Shown here: piece by piece, positions 49,411-61,111 of the stretch
Layout of the letters: every line of letters starts with the position of its first letter
Numbering within the stretch: position 1 is the stretch's first letter
DNA from: Eledone cirrhosa
Lineage: Eukaryota
Length of the DNA stretch: 64,000 nucleotides
Assembly: GCA_964016885.1 (NCBI GenBank)
Contig: OZ024750.1
Span: forward strand, 18,042,001 to 18,106,000
Direction: 5' to 3'
The notes under the pieces: generated by a model
Seen by the model: the letters and a program-made list of their open reading frames with translations, nothing else
Told to the model about the DNA's origin: nothing
The model's database searches: none
Program-made: the position numbers and the translations under genes

Positions 49411-51149
49411 TAATATATATATATAAAGAACATATATATATATATATAATATAATATAATATAATATATATATATAATATAATATATATATATAATATAA
49501 TATATATATATATAATATAATATATATATATATAATATAATATATATATATAATATAATATATATATATATATAATATAATATATATATATATATAATAT
49601 AATATATATATATATAATATAATATATATATATAATATAATATATATATATATATAATATAATATATATATATAATATAATATATATATATATATAATAT
49701 ATATATATATTGTCCCACCCTTGCAAGCAGGGAACAGCGGACGTAAAATGATAATGATGATGATGATATATATATAATATAATATATATATATATAATAC
49801 ATAATATATATATATGTATATATATTCTAAATAGAAATAGAAAACTGACAGTGACTGCCAAGTTTCAGCTGCATCATTTGGCAACCCGATAAAATGACCA
49901 TGCTTAAACATACTACTACTGGTCACCCGCTGGTGTAAGCCCTGCAGCTTAGAATGGTTATTTCAACGCGTCTCCCTCGCTTTCCTTCAGAGTAATACTT
50001 TATGTATATCATGACTCATACACTATTCACTTCCCTGACATTTGTATATTATTCTATGTACTATACATGAACCTTTGATGAGTTGTAGTGCACCTGAGCA
50101 CTGTACACGATAATTTCATTATTATTATTATTATATATCATACAGCTAACAATGCAAAGAACTAGCATAACTATGTGCTCAACATTCTGAGTAATCTCCC
50201 ATGTTTAGGCAGAAAAATTGTACATTGTCAGTAGCCTCCCTTGAATCATTCTCTCTTGATACTTTTCTTTAAAGAAGATAGAATATCAATCATCGTTTAC
50301 GTTGTCGTGCCTATCGGTGTTTATTCATTGCTTGACAGGCTAGAAATAGTAGAGAAATTCCTATCAAATCACACCTTTAGCGCCAGGAGAAAGGATATCT
50401 AAGATTACATTATATAATGTAGTCCTAAATACACTATACTTGAAAAAAAAAAGATGGAATAGTCATAACTGATCTTTATTTCTCTCAGTCATCAATAATC
50501 AAACAAATACTGGTAAGATTAAGCCTTGCTGAAGAGGTCTTAATAAGATCGGAACATATCCGTACTTCCAAAAATTCAGACTCCCACCCTACTGTATTAT
50601 TGTATTAAATTTTTAATTAAATTTGATTAATTTGAAATACGAACAGACCTCCGTCGGTTTCGACGAGGTTGCTTTATTTGTTCGATCAACGAAAAAGCCT
50701 GTTCATGAAATTAACATGTCAGTGGCTTAGCATTCTTTAGACGTGTACCCTTAACGTATTCCTCATGGTGATTCAGCATGAGAGAGTGTATGTGATAAAG
50801 CTGGCCCTTTGAATTAAATGAACTGTCTATCTGATGGGCTTCCACGCAGTTTCCGTCTCCCCAATTCCCTTCAAAAGCCATGGATCTAGCTGAAGCTATA
50901 GTAAATGACCCTTGCTCAAGATGCTCAAGATGCTATACTAAGGGATCCAACCCAGGACCTAATGATTGTGAATCAAACATCTTAACCACACTGCCATGAT
51001 AAATACCTTCCTTAACTCCGGGTGCATTTTAAACCAACTGTCCTTCAATTGGTCGTAGAAAATATTGTAATGACATATGAGGATTCACAACAGATTATAC
51101 TAAAGAATCTAGATGATATCAGTCAGTCGAGCCCCGACTAGGATTGGAT

Positions 51150-51425
51150 GGGAGCAGAGTACGGCGTTGCGGAATTCAGCCTCTCCGTAGCTGATGTTGG
51201 TCACCTCAGACTTGGTTAGGTTGATCTCAAGTCAAAGGAGCTTTAGAGCTGGCATGATTTGTCGAAGATCCTCAACTATCGTCTCAGCCGGGCCACCCAG
51301 GATCGTGTCGTCGAGGTACCAGACGTTGAGAGGGTGACTGGACCGACCGGGTTACGTCGTCGACTGCCAGCACGAATAGGAGCGAGCTGAGTGGGTCCCC
51401 TGCTGGACGCCTGTGGCGGAAGTAA
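51150..51425 (-). mobile_element. CRE-clade RT fragment
   Basis: TGVQQG..., NVWYLDD motifs, frameshifted. Confidence 0.65.
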
Positions 51426-51504
51426 CCAACATTTATTTAGTACATGAAAGATGTTTAATTCAGATTGTTACCGAAAAGTTTCATTGCAACTGCTTGAGCC
51501 TACG

Positions 51505-51740
51505 TTTGTTTCGTTGCACCAGGTTAAACCTACTTTCTTTCATTGCACCAGCTTAAACCTACTTTCTTTCATTGCACCAGCTTAAACCAACTTTCTTTCA
51601 TTGCACCAGCTTAAACCTACTTTCTTTCATTGCACCAGCTTAAACCTACTTTCTTTCATTGCACCAGCTTAAACCTACTTTCTTTCATTGCACCAGCTTA
51701 AACCAACTTTCTTTCATCGCACCAGCTTAAATCTACGTTT
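51505..51740. repeat. 29-bp minisatellite, ~8 copies
   Basis: Unit tttctttcattgcaccagcttaaacctac. Confidence 0.93.
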
Positions 51741-53051
51741 TATACCATGCTCAGGTCGTCCGGACACTCACTCTTAAAGTGGTGACTGGACTACAATAAA
51801 TGTTCAGCTCTCACTAATTCGATCCGTAGTTGAATATATTTATCTTTGCTTCAAGCTGTCTCATTTAACATTTCTCTCAGCTTTAATTCTTATCGTCCTG
51901 TACCACAGGAAACCACATTAGCAAGATATTTGTGTAAAGTACAAAACAGCACAATGACTGCATCACATTAAAAAATGAAAGTATTTACTCTAATACTTCA
52001 ATAATATTAGCTGAGGGGACAAATGCATGAAGTAGAGTAAAACAAATGAAACACTTTACAGGATTTAATTCCGTACGTCCCGCAATATTTCAGAATTTGA
52101 ATTTTACTGAATTCAGATTTGATTTTGACTTTTTCGAGATCGATAAAATAACGACCAAAAACGCCAGTATAACTTTACAAACAAGTTACTTTATAAATTA
52201 GGTAGTAACATGTGCTTACGCCGTATTTGACTAAATAGAATTAGTCCGTTAGTTGGGATTTAAAAAAAACCTCCTCTGAATGGAAAAAAAAGGATAAGTA
52301 TTGACGTACATGAGACACGAACCTACATCTTTGGTTTGCCAGACCAATGTGTTACCATTACACCAACACACCACCTAGGATTCCTCCCATTCAATTAGAA
52401 GCACCATTGTATAGCAAACAATCAGCTATCAATCCGACGACATTTCCTTAACAAAAGGCTGAAATCAAATTTACAGGTTCAAGAAGTAAGCAGTCTTTTA
52501 ATGGGTTGAACGCATCTCTTCTTTAACAGTAAAATATAATAAAAGATACCGAGCCCTTAAGTCCAGAAGAAGTCATAGTGGAGCCCTCTTGACACATGGA
52601 GTGTCTTGGGCATTTTAAACCTGGCGAACCACATTCCTTTTCAGGTGGGAACGCAGCCAGTTTCTTCCATAGATAATCAGATATAGATATATTTCTTTAT
52701 TTTCAGATATAGATATATTTCTTTATTAGCCACAGGGGCACAAAAGAAGGGGACAAATACAAAGGGGGCAGTTTACATACAATAAAAAACGTGTAAAAAG
52801 ATAGATAGATAGATAGATAAATTTCTATTTATTTGCCACGAGGGCACAAAAGAAGGGGACATTTACACAGTGGGGAAGTTTACATAAATCGAGTAAAGAA
52901 AAAAGGAATAACAATAATAATATAACAATAAAAAGTCCTCAAAAGGGAGGGGGCGTGTTGGGGATTGCACATACCCCCGAAAAGTGTGCAACTCTTTTCG
53001 CGGGGGAAGCCCAGAGAGGAGGCGCTCCCCCTTTCCTCTTCACTTCTTCAC

Positions 53052-56000
53052 CTACAGAACAATGTAGAGAGAAGGCCCATTTACACGGGCCATTCTCGCT
53101 TCTTTCACCCACCTTTCATAAAACTGTCTGGGACCAAGCACTTCTCTCTCCATCCTGATTCTTCTTCCGAAGTGGTATCGGAAGAAGTAAACCAGGTGAT
53201 GGCCGGAGAGAAAGTCACCCGACCTCAGACCTTTCAGGCGCGTCCACCACACAACCTCTTTCATCATGGCTATTACGCACAGAAAGACCGCCTCTGCTTC
53301 ATTTCTGAAGGGAGGAGGCGGCTTGATGTTCACCACAGACTCGGCGGTTAATCGAATCGGCGCCACACGCGACAGCAGTCGTTCGACGTAGCCCCACAGA
53401 TCGGCAACGCCCGGGCAGTGTACCAGTGCATGCGCAACGGTTTCCTCGTCGCGCACGCATCTGGGACAGATCTTTTTCGCGGGATCCCTGCCCGGGCGCC
53501 CGTGTCTGTAGAGCTTTTCTCGAACGGGCAGAGCCCCCCGGTAACACTGCCAGGCTAGGGACCTCTGGAAGTTGTCCATGGGTCCCGGGCCGAAAGTTCT
53601 ACCGAACAGGCTGGCCAGTTCGTCCTCCTCCATGCCTAGCGACTCTCCAAGGGTGTCGTCGCCCCTGCTAGCCACCAACCCTCTATAGAATGTCGAGGTG
53701 GATTCTCCACTGACAGTCGGGTCCGCTTGCCAGATAGCCGTGAGCGCCTGGGCACACTCGGTGTGCCAGTTGCCCAGTTTTCTCGGTCTTTGCTTCACCC
53801 AGGATTGCAGTTCGGTGAGCGAGACGAGCTGTGGGAAGGCTCGCCTCACAAACGGGGCCCACACCGGCTGACCGTTGAGGAATACCTGTAGATGCCGTAG
53901 CCTCAATGCGTGCCTACGCATCAACAGCCACGGCATACCCAGCCCTCCTTTCGAAGGGTGCTGGCAGCAGATGGATCTCCTCACCATGGGAGGCCGCTTC
54001 TTCCAGAGGAACTGGAAGAGCATGCGTTCCATGATGGTGAGCTTTTCCTTGGGGCAAGGCACGACGGTCAGGCGGTAGTAGAAGACGGACGCTATGTAAG
54101 CGTTCGTCACCTCCGCCCGACCTTTCAGTGATAGTTTGCACTTGGCCCACTTCTGGGTCAGCGCAAACACCCTGCTCGTCACCTCGCCCCAATTTTTCTC
54201 CACCTGGAGGTCCGGTCCGAACCAGACCCCGAGCAGCTTCACCGGGCCCTCCGTCCACCGCCCGACGACACCGTCTAACGGCATCGGTTTGCCCCTCCAC
54301 GTTCCGAGTTGCAAACCGACTGACTTGTCCTGGTTCAGCTTAGCCCCCGTCAGCCTTTCGTATTCCTCCAGTAGGGTGGCGATCGCCCCGATTTCCGAGG
54401 CGTCCGCCACCATTACTGTTACGTTGTCGGCATAGGCCGAGACCGCTTTGTGCAATCCCGGTTCCAGGGGTATGCCCCGCAGCAACTCCAACTTCCGCAG
54501 CAGTGGCTCGAGAGTCAATACGTACAGAAGGGAGGAGAGGGGGCACCCCTGTCTGATAGATCGGGTGATTTGAAACGGCTCCGAGAGGTAGCCGTTTACT
54601 TTAATCCTAGAGTAGATGTTGCCACTGTGCATGGCAGAAATCCAGCCCCTGAAAACGGGTCCGAAGCCCGCCGCCGCTAGCACCGCATCCAGGTAACCAT
54701 GGTCGACCCTATCGAACGCCTTAGATTGATCCAAGTTGATCAGGGCCCCACCAAAGCCGGGTTCGTAGCCAACCCTCTCTATGATGTATCGCATGAGGTG
54801 GAGGTTGTCGTGAATGGACCTGGACGGGATAGCGCATGTCTGCGCGTCTCCCACCAAACCACCCACCACAAGCGCCAACCTCTTCGCCAACACCTTGGCC
54901 AAAATCTGTAACTCTGCATTCAGCAGAGTTATGGGCCTAAAGTTACTTAAGTCGTCCCCCTTGCTCTCGTTCTTCCTCACTAGCGTGACCACGCCCTTGG
55001 TCACAGAACAGGGAATTCTCCCGTTCTGTTGCCAGTTGCAATAGACAGCCTCGAGGAGTTCGGAGAACAAGACCGGCATAGCTAAATAAAGTTCGTATGG
55101 TAGACCATCGAGACCCGGGGATTTGCGTCTGCTGCATTGGCTGAGCGCTTCCCCGATTTCAGTGGCTGTGATTGGCCTTTCACAGCACTCCGCTTCGCCG
55201 CTCGAAAGACGCGGTAGACCGTCGAGGTATGGACCGAAGTCCACATCCCCGTCCGGCCCCCCGCCACCTCCGAACAGTCGAGCAAAGTGCCTTTGAAAGG
55301 TCTCGCACATTCGCTCAGGTTCAAGGATCACCCGTCCATCCTGGTCTCGCAAAGACCGAATGGTGGATTTAATCCCACTCTTGGCTTCTGTCACGCGGGC
55401 CCAGCTAACAGCTTTGGTCCCCTCGTTTCCTAAAGCACGTATTTTACTTCGGACAACGCAGCCTTCGTGCTTCGCGTCAAAGAACTGGCTCAATGCCGTT
55501 CTCGTCGCTAACACTCTGGCTACGTCTCCGCTCCTAATCGCCTCTTCTAGTTTATCTGTTAACTCCCTTTCCTTCCTATTTCTATTCGCCGCTAGTTCCT
55601 TACTGTAACCTATCGAACTTACTCTAATCTCTCTCTTTAGAGATACCCACCACCTACTGTTGACGATCGCTCCCGTCAACCGCATCTTAACTAAGCTACT
55701 AATCCGGTTTCTGTAATCTTTCTTTGTCGGTAAGGACAAGTTCATCTTCCAGTAACCGGGACCCTGTCTATGCGTTCTATCAAGGTTGACCACGCAGGTC
55801 ACTAATTTGTGATCTGAATAGCCAACCATGATCAGTTCTGGACAACTAAATACGTCCCTATCCTTACTCCTAACCAAAAACCTATCTAGGTACGATCTAG
55901 ATTGTCCACTGCGGTTTGCCCAGGTCCAGGTTGGCGCAGTTGGACAATCTAGTCGAAATCTATCGACCAGGTCGAATCGATCGAGTAACCCCTTGAGGCT

Positions 56001-56486
56001 GCTACACCCCCCTCTATCGGGACATGCCCCTGCATAGTCCCAACGCGCATCTAGGATTCCATTCCAGTCCCCCACTAAAAGCAGGGAACGCGACGTTCCT
56101 AGAAAAGTCTCCAGACGCTGGAAGAAGTCGGCTCTTTCCGCCCCGAAGGGAGCATAAAGACCGACCAGTCTGAAAGCCCCGCCTTCACCGCCTCCGACGT
56201 CCAGCACCAGTAATCGACCCCCCGGGTCCGAGTGAACAATCTGTACGTCGAGAGTCAGACGTTTATCCAGCAGTACGGCAACTCCCCCCCCCCCCCCGCC
56301 TCCGGGTTGACAGAGAGATGCGTGCATCTCAAAGTCATCGAAGGCGGGCGCCAGCTGTCTCACGCTGCTGATCCGACTCTCGCAAACAACCATCACATCT
56401 ATACTTTGTGACCTGAGGTCACTTAGAAGCTTTGCTTGCTTCCAAGCTGAGCCCAGGCCACGCGCGTTCAAACAGCCAACTCTCAA
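53052..56486 (-). CDS. LINE ORF2 (APE endonuclease, reverse transcriptase, zf-RVT), 1144 aa; RT motif YADN; no ATG at the start
   Basis: Motifs LNARGL, GDWN, SYLDRF, SDH, KSPGLDG, FRPITLLN, LDQSKAFDRV, RQGCPLS, YADN, CPRC..ETVAHALVHC. Confidence 0.95.
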   Translation of the reverse strand: MRVGCLNARGLGSAWKQAKLLSDLRSQSIDVMVVCESRISSVRQLAPAFDDFEMHASLCQPGGGGGGGVAVLLDKRLTLDVQIVHSDPGGRLLVLDVGGGEGGAFRLVGLYAPFGAERADFFQRLETFLGTSRSLLLVGDWNGILDARWDYAGACPDRGGCSSLKGLLDRFDLVDRFRLDCPTAPTWTWANRSGQSRSYLDRFLVRSKDRDVFSCPELIMVGYSDHKLVTCVVNLDRTHRQGPGYWKMNLSLPTKKDYRNRISSLVKMRLTGAIVNSRWWVSLKREIRVSSIGYSKELAANRNRKERELTDKLEEAIRSGDVARVLATRTALSQFFDAKHEGCVVRSKIRALGNEGTKAVSWARVTEAKSGIKSTIRSLRDQDGRVILEPERMCETFQRHFARLFGGGGGPDGDVDFGPYLDGLPRLSSGEAECCERPITATEIGEALSQCSRRKSPGLDGLPYELYLAMPVLFSELLEAVYCNWQQNGRIPCSVTKGVVTLVRKNESKGDDLSNFRPITLLNAELQILAKVLAKRLALVVGGLVGDAQTCAIPSRSIHDNLHLMRYIIERVGYEPGFGGALINLDQSKAFDRVDHGYLDAVLAAAGFGPVFRGWISAMHSGNIYSRIKVNGYLSEPFQITRSIRQGCPLSSLLYVLTLEPLLRKLELLRGIPLEPGLHKAVSAYADNVTVMVADASEIGAIATLLEEYERLTGAKLNQDKSVGLQLGTWRGKPMPLDGVVGRWTEGPVKLLGVWFGPDLQVEKNWGEVTSRVFALTQKWAKCKLSLKGRAEVTNAYIASVFYYRLTVVPCPKEKLTIMERMLFQFLWKKRPPMVRRSICCQHPSKGGLGMPWLLMRRHALRLRHLQVFLNGQPVWAPFVRRAFPQLVSLTELQSWVKQRPRKLGNWHTECAQALTAIWQADPTVSGESTSTFYRGLVASRGDDTLGESLGMEEDELASLFGRTFGPGPMDNFQRSLAWQCYRGALPVREKLYRHGRPGRDPAKKICPRCVRDEETVAHALVHCPGVADLWGYVERLLSRVAPIRLTAESVVNIKPPPPFRNEAEAVFLCVIAMMKEVVWWTRLKGLRSGDFLSGHHLVYFFRYHFGRRIRMEREVLGPRQFYERWVKEARMARVNGPSLYIVL

Positions 56487-56491
56487 TTGAT

Positions 56492-56890
56492 CTATTTTGG
56501 TGTTGAAAGTGAAGAAAGAAAAGCACTTACCTCTCCGGGTTGCGTAATTTCCATGGCATCAGGTGTGTTGGGTGGAGGGATGTTTTGTGGTGGTGTGGGG
56601 GTACACGTGTGTGGTGGGGTTGGGGTATTTGGAGTTGTGTCAGGGAGAGGGGCGGTTATGGGGAAATCTTTCAAGAGGACGCGATTCAACGGTTTTAAAC
56701 AGGGGGGGCTCACGTCCCGTCTAAATTGTTCTTTTAAGGAACGATAAAGGTCCAGAGGGACCTTTATCATTTTTAAATGGGTGAAGTTCTCTGTTGAGAT
56801 AAAGTTTGGCCCTTCGGTCTGCACCATAGGGTTATTGTTTATTAATTTAACCAGTTTTTTGTTTTCTTTATTTATATATGTGTATTGCAA
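56492..56890 (-). CDS. LINE ORF1, C-terminal part, separated by a +1 frameshift at an A8 run
   Basis: Overlaps the end of ORF1, has the same Pro/Thr-rich composition and stops 5 nt before ORF2. Confidence 0.65.
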   Translation of the reverse strand: MQYTYINKENKKLVKLINNNPMVQTEGPNFISTENFTHLKMIKVPLDLYRSLKEQFRRDVSPPCLKPLNRVLLKDFPITAPLPDTTPNTPTPPHTCTPTPPQNIPPPNTPDAMEITQPGEVSAFLSSLSTPK

Positions 56891-58295
56891 CGTCTTTTTT
56901 TTGTGATGCTGTCAATGTTTCGGAGAGGGGAGGCGCAGATTTATTTTTGTTTGTTGAGGGTGGGGTGTTTTTGATTGGAGTTGGTGTTTGTGTGTGGGTT
57001 ATTTGTGGTGTGCTGGGTGTGTGTTTTCTTTTTTTTCTTTTAACTTGTCTGAAGGCTTCTCCTCCTTCTTCTTCAGAAGTTGGGAGGGACGTGTTGTGTG
57101 GTTGTTTTTTTTTTGCGGGAGGGGTAGATTTGTTACTGTTTTTTTTATTATTTGTTTGGAATGGGTTTTGTGGTGGTGGTGGTAATGTTTGTGTCGTGCT
57201 TGTGGTTGGTGATGGTGGTGTTTGTGTTGTGGTTGGTGGTGGTGATTTTTGTGTCGTGCTTGTGTTTGGTGCTGGTGGTGGTGATGTTTGTGTTGTGTTT
57301 GTGGTTGGTGGTGTCTGTATTTTGTTTGCTGTGTGTGGTATTAGTGTATTTTTGGAGGTGGGTGGTGTTGGTGTACTGTTTGTGGTGGGTGTGGGCAATA
57401 GTCCTTTTTGGGGGATACGTTTCGGGCAGTTAGCCTTAACGTGTCCCCTTTCCATGCATAAATAGCATGCTGGTCTTCTCCCCTCTACAATTATGTCTAT
57501 TGGGGTAAGGTCATCCAGCCAGATGCGATCCGGGATTTGTGCTATTCTTTCGGGCCTCATTTGGACTAGTATGTCGAGGCCCATTCCCAGGAACGCATCT
57601 CCAGTTGCCTTCCCCATTGACAGCATTGTGTCTTCGCCCATATCAATGAAGCCAGCAATAGCCCACCAGAAGTCCATTGTGGGCAGCATTGTTTTTACTT
57701 TTACTCTCTGTGTTCTTCTACCCATGTAGGAGGGATAGAAGCTATATGTTGTCGATGAGAGTGGGCTTAGGGAAAGCTTCTCCGCCGTTTCTTTGTCTCT
57801 TGTTAGGACCGAAATGCTGCCATAGAGTCGGTCCTTTCGTATGAAGAGAATATTCTTCATATAGTCTTTTAGGACTAACTCTATTTCCATTTGGCTGGGC
57901 TGTGCTGGCTTTCTTGTCTGGTTCAGTATAGTTCTGTAGAGAACTGTGTTTTCTGCTCTGGCTTTCTTGAATTCTGGGGGGGAGTTAATGGAAAACATTC
58001 CGTTCTCCCCCAAAACAATGTGTTTCTTTGCTTCGGCCAGTTTTTCTCTGGCGGCAGTTAGGTCAATTGGTGTGTATGTAATGGATTGTTTTGTTTTCTG
58101 GGCGAAAGTTGCCCTGTCGTTATTTGTATTATTTTCTGTTTGTTTGTTTTCTGTTTGCTCATTTTCCTTAACATTTGTTTTTTCATTTTCTTTGTTTGTT
58201 TCAATGTCTAATTTTGTTGTAATTATTTTTTGTTCTTCAGACTTGGGGGGCGTGGCAGAGCTAATGGCAGACATGTCTGCCATCTTTTCCGCCAT
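56868..58295 (-). CDS. LINE ORF1, N-terminal part (gag-like, CYLCMERGHVKANC knuckle, Pro/Thr-rich tail)
   Basis: ORF track plus CX2CX4HX4C motif; first ATG at 58295. Confidence 0.85.
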   Translation of the reverse strand: MAEKMADMSAISSATPPKSEEQKIITTKLDIETNKENEKTNVKENEQTENKQTENNTNNDRATFAQKTKQSITYTPIDLTAAREKLAEAKKHIVLGENGMFSINSPPEFKKARAENTVLYRTILNQTRKPAQPSQMEIELVLKDYMKNILFIRKDRLYGSISVLTRDKETAEKLSLSPLSSTTYSFYPSYMGRRTQRVKVKTMLPTMDFWWAIAGFIDMGEDTMLSMGKATGDAFLGMGLDILVQMRPERIAQIPDRIWLDDLTPIDIIVEGRRPACYLCMERGHVKANCPKRIPQKGLLPTPTTNSTPTPPTSKNTLIPHTANKIQTPPTTNTTQTSPPPAPNTSTTQKSPPPTTTQTPPSPTTSTTQTLPPPPQNPFQTNNKKNSNKSTPPAKKKQPHNTSLPTSEEEGGEAFRQVKRKKRKHTPSTPQITHTQTPTPIKNTPPSTNKNKSAPPLSETLTASQKKDVAIHIYK

Positions 58296-58560
58296 GCTGC
58301 CAAGAAAGAAATTTTTCGGCAAAAATAGATATTTATTTTACCCCCTAAAAAGGGGGTAAATGCAAAAATGTTTCCCTAAATAACAGGGGTTAGTGTTCCA
58401 AATGTGTTGCACTAAAAAATTTATCCGGTACTTACAATAGTAAGGGTAAATCCCGATGGAATAGCGGAGCCGATGCGAAGCGTGTCTTACTCTATCAAGA
58501 TAGATAGATAGATAGATAGATAAATAAATAGATTTCTTTATTTGCCACAAGGGCGCAAAT

Positions 58561-59702
58561 AATTGTTTCTACTTTTGGCACAAGGCCAGCAATTATCTCA
58601 GTGCATTACTGGTACTTTATTTTATCGACCCCGTAAGGATGAAAGGCAAAGTCAACCTCGGCGGGATTTGAACTCAGACCGTAAAGGACCGTAACTCTAT
58701 ACTGCCAATTCACCACCGATAGAAAGATGGATGGATGGGTTTTAGATAGATAGATAGTGTGAGTGAGAGTGAGGTGGGGTATCAACCCCAGTACTGGACT
58801 GGTACAAGGATGAATGGCAAAGTTGACCTCGGCGGGATTTGAACTAAGAGAGCAGTGAGTCAGAACAAATATCGAGGTATTTTTAAATCCGACGTCCCTA
58901 ACCACTCTACCAATTCGCCACCTGACATTATTTTCTAGGGCGGTGGATTGGCAGTATCGGTAGAGGGTCGGACGCCATGCTTTCACGCATAGAGTTACGG
59001 CCCTTGCTATTCTGAGTTCAAATCCCGCCGAGGTTAACTTTGCCTTTCATCCTTACGGGGTCGATAAAATAAAGTACCAGTAATACACTGAATAATTGCT
59101 GGCCTTGTGCCAAAAGTAGAAACAATTATAATAATGGCGGTGGTTTAGCAGTGTCGGTAGAGCGCCAGACACCACGCTTTGCAACATAGAGTTACGGTCC
59201 TTTACAGTCTGAGTTCCAATCCCGCCGAGGTTAACTTTGCCTTTCATCCTTACGGGGGTCGATAAAATAAAGTACCAGTAATACACTGGATAATTGCTAG
59301 CCTTGTGCCAAAAGTAGAAACAATTATAATAATTGTTTCTACTTTAGGCACAAGGCCAGCAATCACCCAGTGCATTACTGGTACTTTATTTTATCGACCC
59401 CGTAAGGATGAAAGGCAAAGTCAACCTCGGCGGGATTTGAACTCAGATCGTAAAGGGACGTAACTATGCTGGAAAGCATGGCGTCCGACCCTCTACCGAT
59501 ACTGCCAATTTGGCGGTGGTTTAGCAGTGTCGGTAGAGCGCCAGACACCACGCTTTGCAACATAGAGTTACGGCCCTTTACAGTCTGAGTTCCAATCCCG
59601 CCGAGGTTAACTTTGCCTTTCATCCTTACGGGGGTCGATAAAATAAAGTACCAGTAATACACTGGGGTAATTGCTGCCTTGTGCCAAAAGTAGAAACAAT
59701 TA
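58561..59702. mobile_element. Cluster of six family-A SINEs in mixed orientation
   Basis: Copies arranged -,-,+,+,-,+ nearly back to back. Confidence 0.9.
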
Positions 59703-59867
59703 TTTTCTAGATGTTTGTATTGTGTCTATTTATAAACCCAATGTTATCGTTGATAAGTGGAGATCATTTAAGTATGTTTAGCGTGGAAGACCCTATACAA
59801 AACAAACAACACAGATTGTTGTTGGCACTGTGACAAAAGGTGATGAAATGATTGATTTCACTATTAA

Positions 59868-59882
59868 ACATATATATATATA

Positions 59883-59951
<69 letters not shown>

Positions 59952-59978
59952 ATGTGTGTATATATATATATATATATA

Positions 59979-60048
<70 letters not shown>

Positions 60049-60100
60049 ATGTGTATATATATATATATATAATGTGTATATATATATATATATATATATA

Positions 60101-60153
<53 letters not shown>

Positions 60154-60175
60154 GTGTCTATATATATATATAATG

Positions 60176-60209
<34 letters not shown>

Positions 60210-60278
60210 CATATATACATATATATATACATATATACATAAATATATATACATATATACATATATATATATACATAT

Positions 60279-60309
<31 letters not shown>

Positions 60310-60343
60310 TACATATATACATATATACATATATATATATCCA

Positions 60344-60379
<36 letters not shown>

Positions 60380-60389
60380 CATTTTTTCT

Positions 60390-60448
<59 letters not shown>

Positions 60449-60570
60449 ATGTGTATGTATATATGAATATATATATGTGTATATATATATAATGTGTATG
60501 TATATATGAATAGATATATGTATACTTATATATATATATATGTATGTATATATATATATATATATATATA
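59868..60570. repeat. Large compound (TA)n microsatellite field (similar fields at 27825-28660 and 49410-49825)
   Basis: Direct inspection. Confidence 0.95.
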
Positions 60571-60814
60571 TCATCTTCATCATCTTTAACGTCCATCTAA
60601 CCCATGCTAGCATAGGTTAGATGGGTTTATCCCATTTAGGGGCAAGTTGGGTCGTGTGACCGTGTCTCACTCATATAGGACTGTTTCAGGGTGGTTTTCT
60701 ACGGCTGGATGCCCTTCCTAACGCCAACCACACTTACAGTGTGGGCTGAGTGCTTTTTGTCATGACACCTACACGACCACTTACAGAGTGGGATGGCTGT
60801 TTTGTGGTACAAAT

Positions 60815-60873
<59 letters not shown>

Positions 60874-60876
<3 letters not shown>

Positions 60877-61000
60877 GGAACGAGTAGGACCCCGACGGCT
60901 GAGCTCAAGCCGTTTCGACGGCTAATTCTGGACTCAATTCGTCCAGAATTAGCCGTCGAAACGGCTTGAGCTCAGCCGTCGGGGTCCTACTCGTTCCTAT
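60874..61000. repeat. Palindrome (60-bp arms, 7-nt loop) containing the 3' half of a hammerhead
   Basis: Arms centred at 60937; GAAAC-ggct..agcc-GTC follows the central hairpin. Confidence 0.9.
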
Positions 61001-61076
61001 TACCCACTCTACTACCCTAAGTATTGAGTACTTTGGTGCGTTATGGTCCACCTGGTTCCTTACCACATTTCCTTCG

Positions 61077-61111
<35 letters not shown>

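Larger units (their letters stand above)
52819..58498 (-). mobile_element. Near full-length Tx1/L1-clade non-LTR retrotransposon flanked by (GATA)n
   Basis: ORF1 with a CCHC knuckle; ORF2 with APE, RT and C-terminal Zn finger; GC-rich body; (TCTA)n at both ends. Confidence 0.93.

Noticed and set aside
53299-58359. Overlapping + strand and alternative-frame ORFs within the LINE
   Set aside because: Shadow ORFs of GC-rich ORF1/ORF2.
59764-60613. Tyr/Ile-rich ORFs (also 49074-49926, 28066-28339 and others)
   Set aside because: Translations of (TA)n and (CA)n microsatellites.
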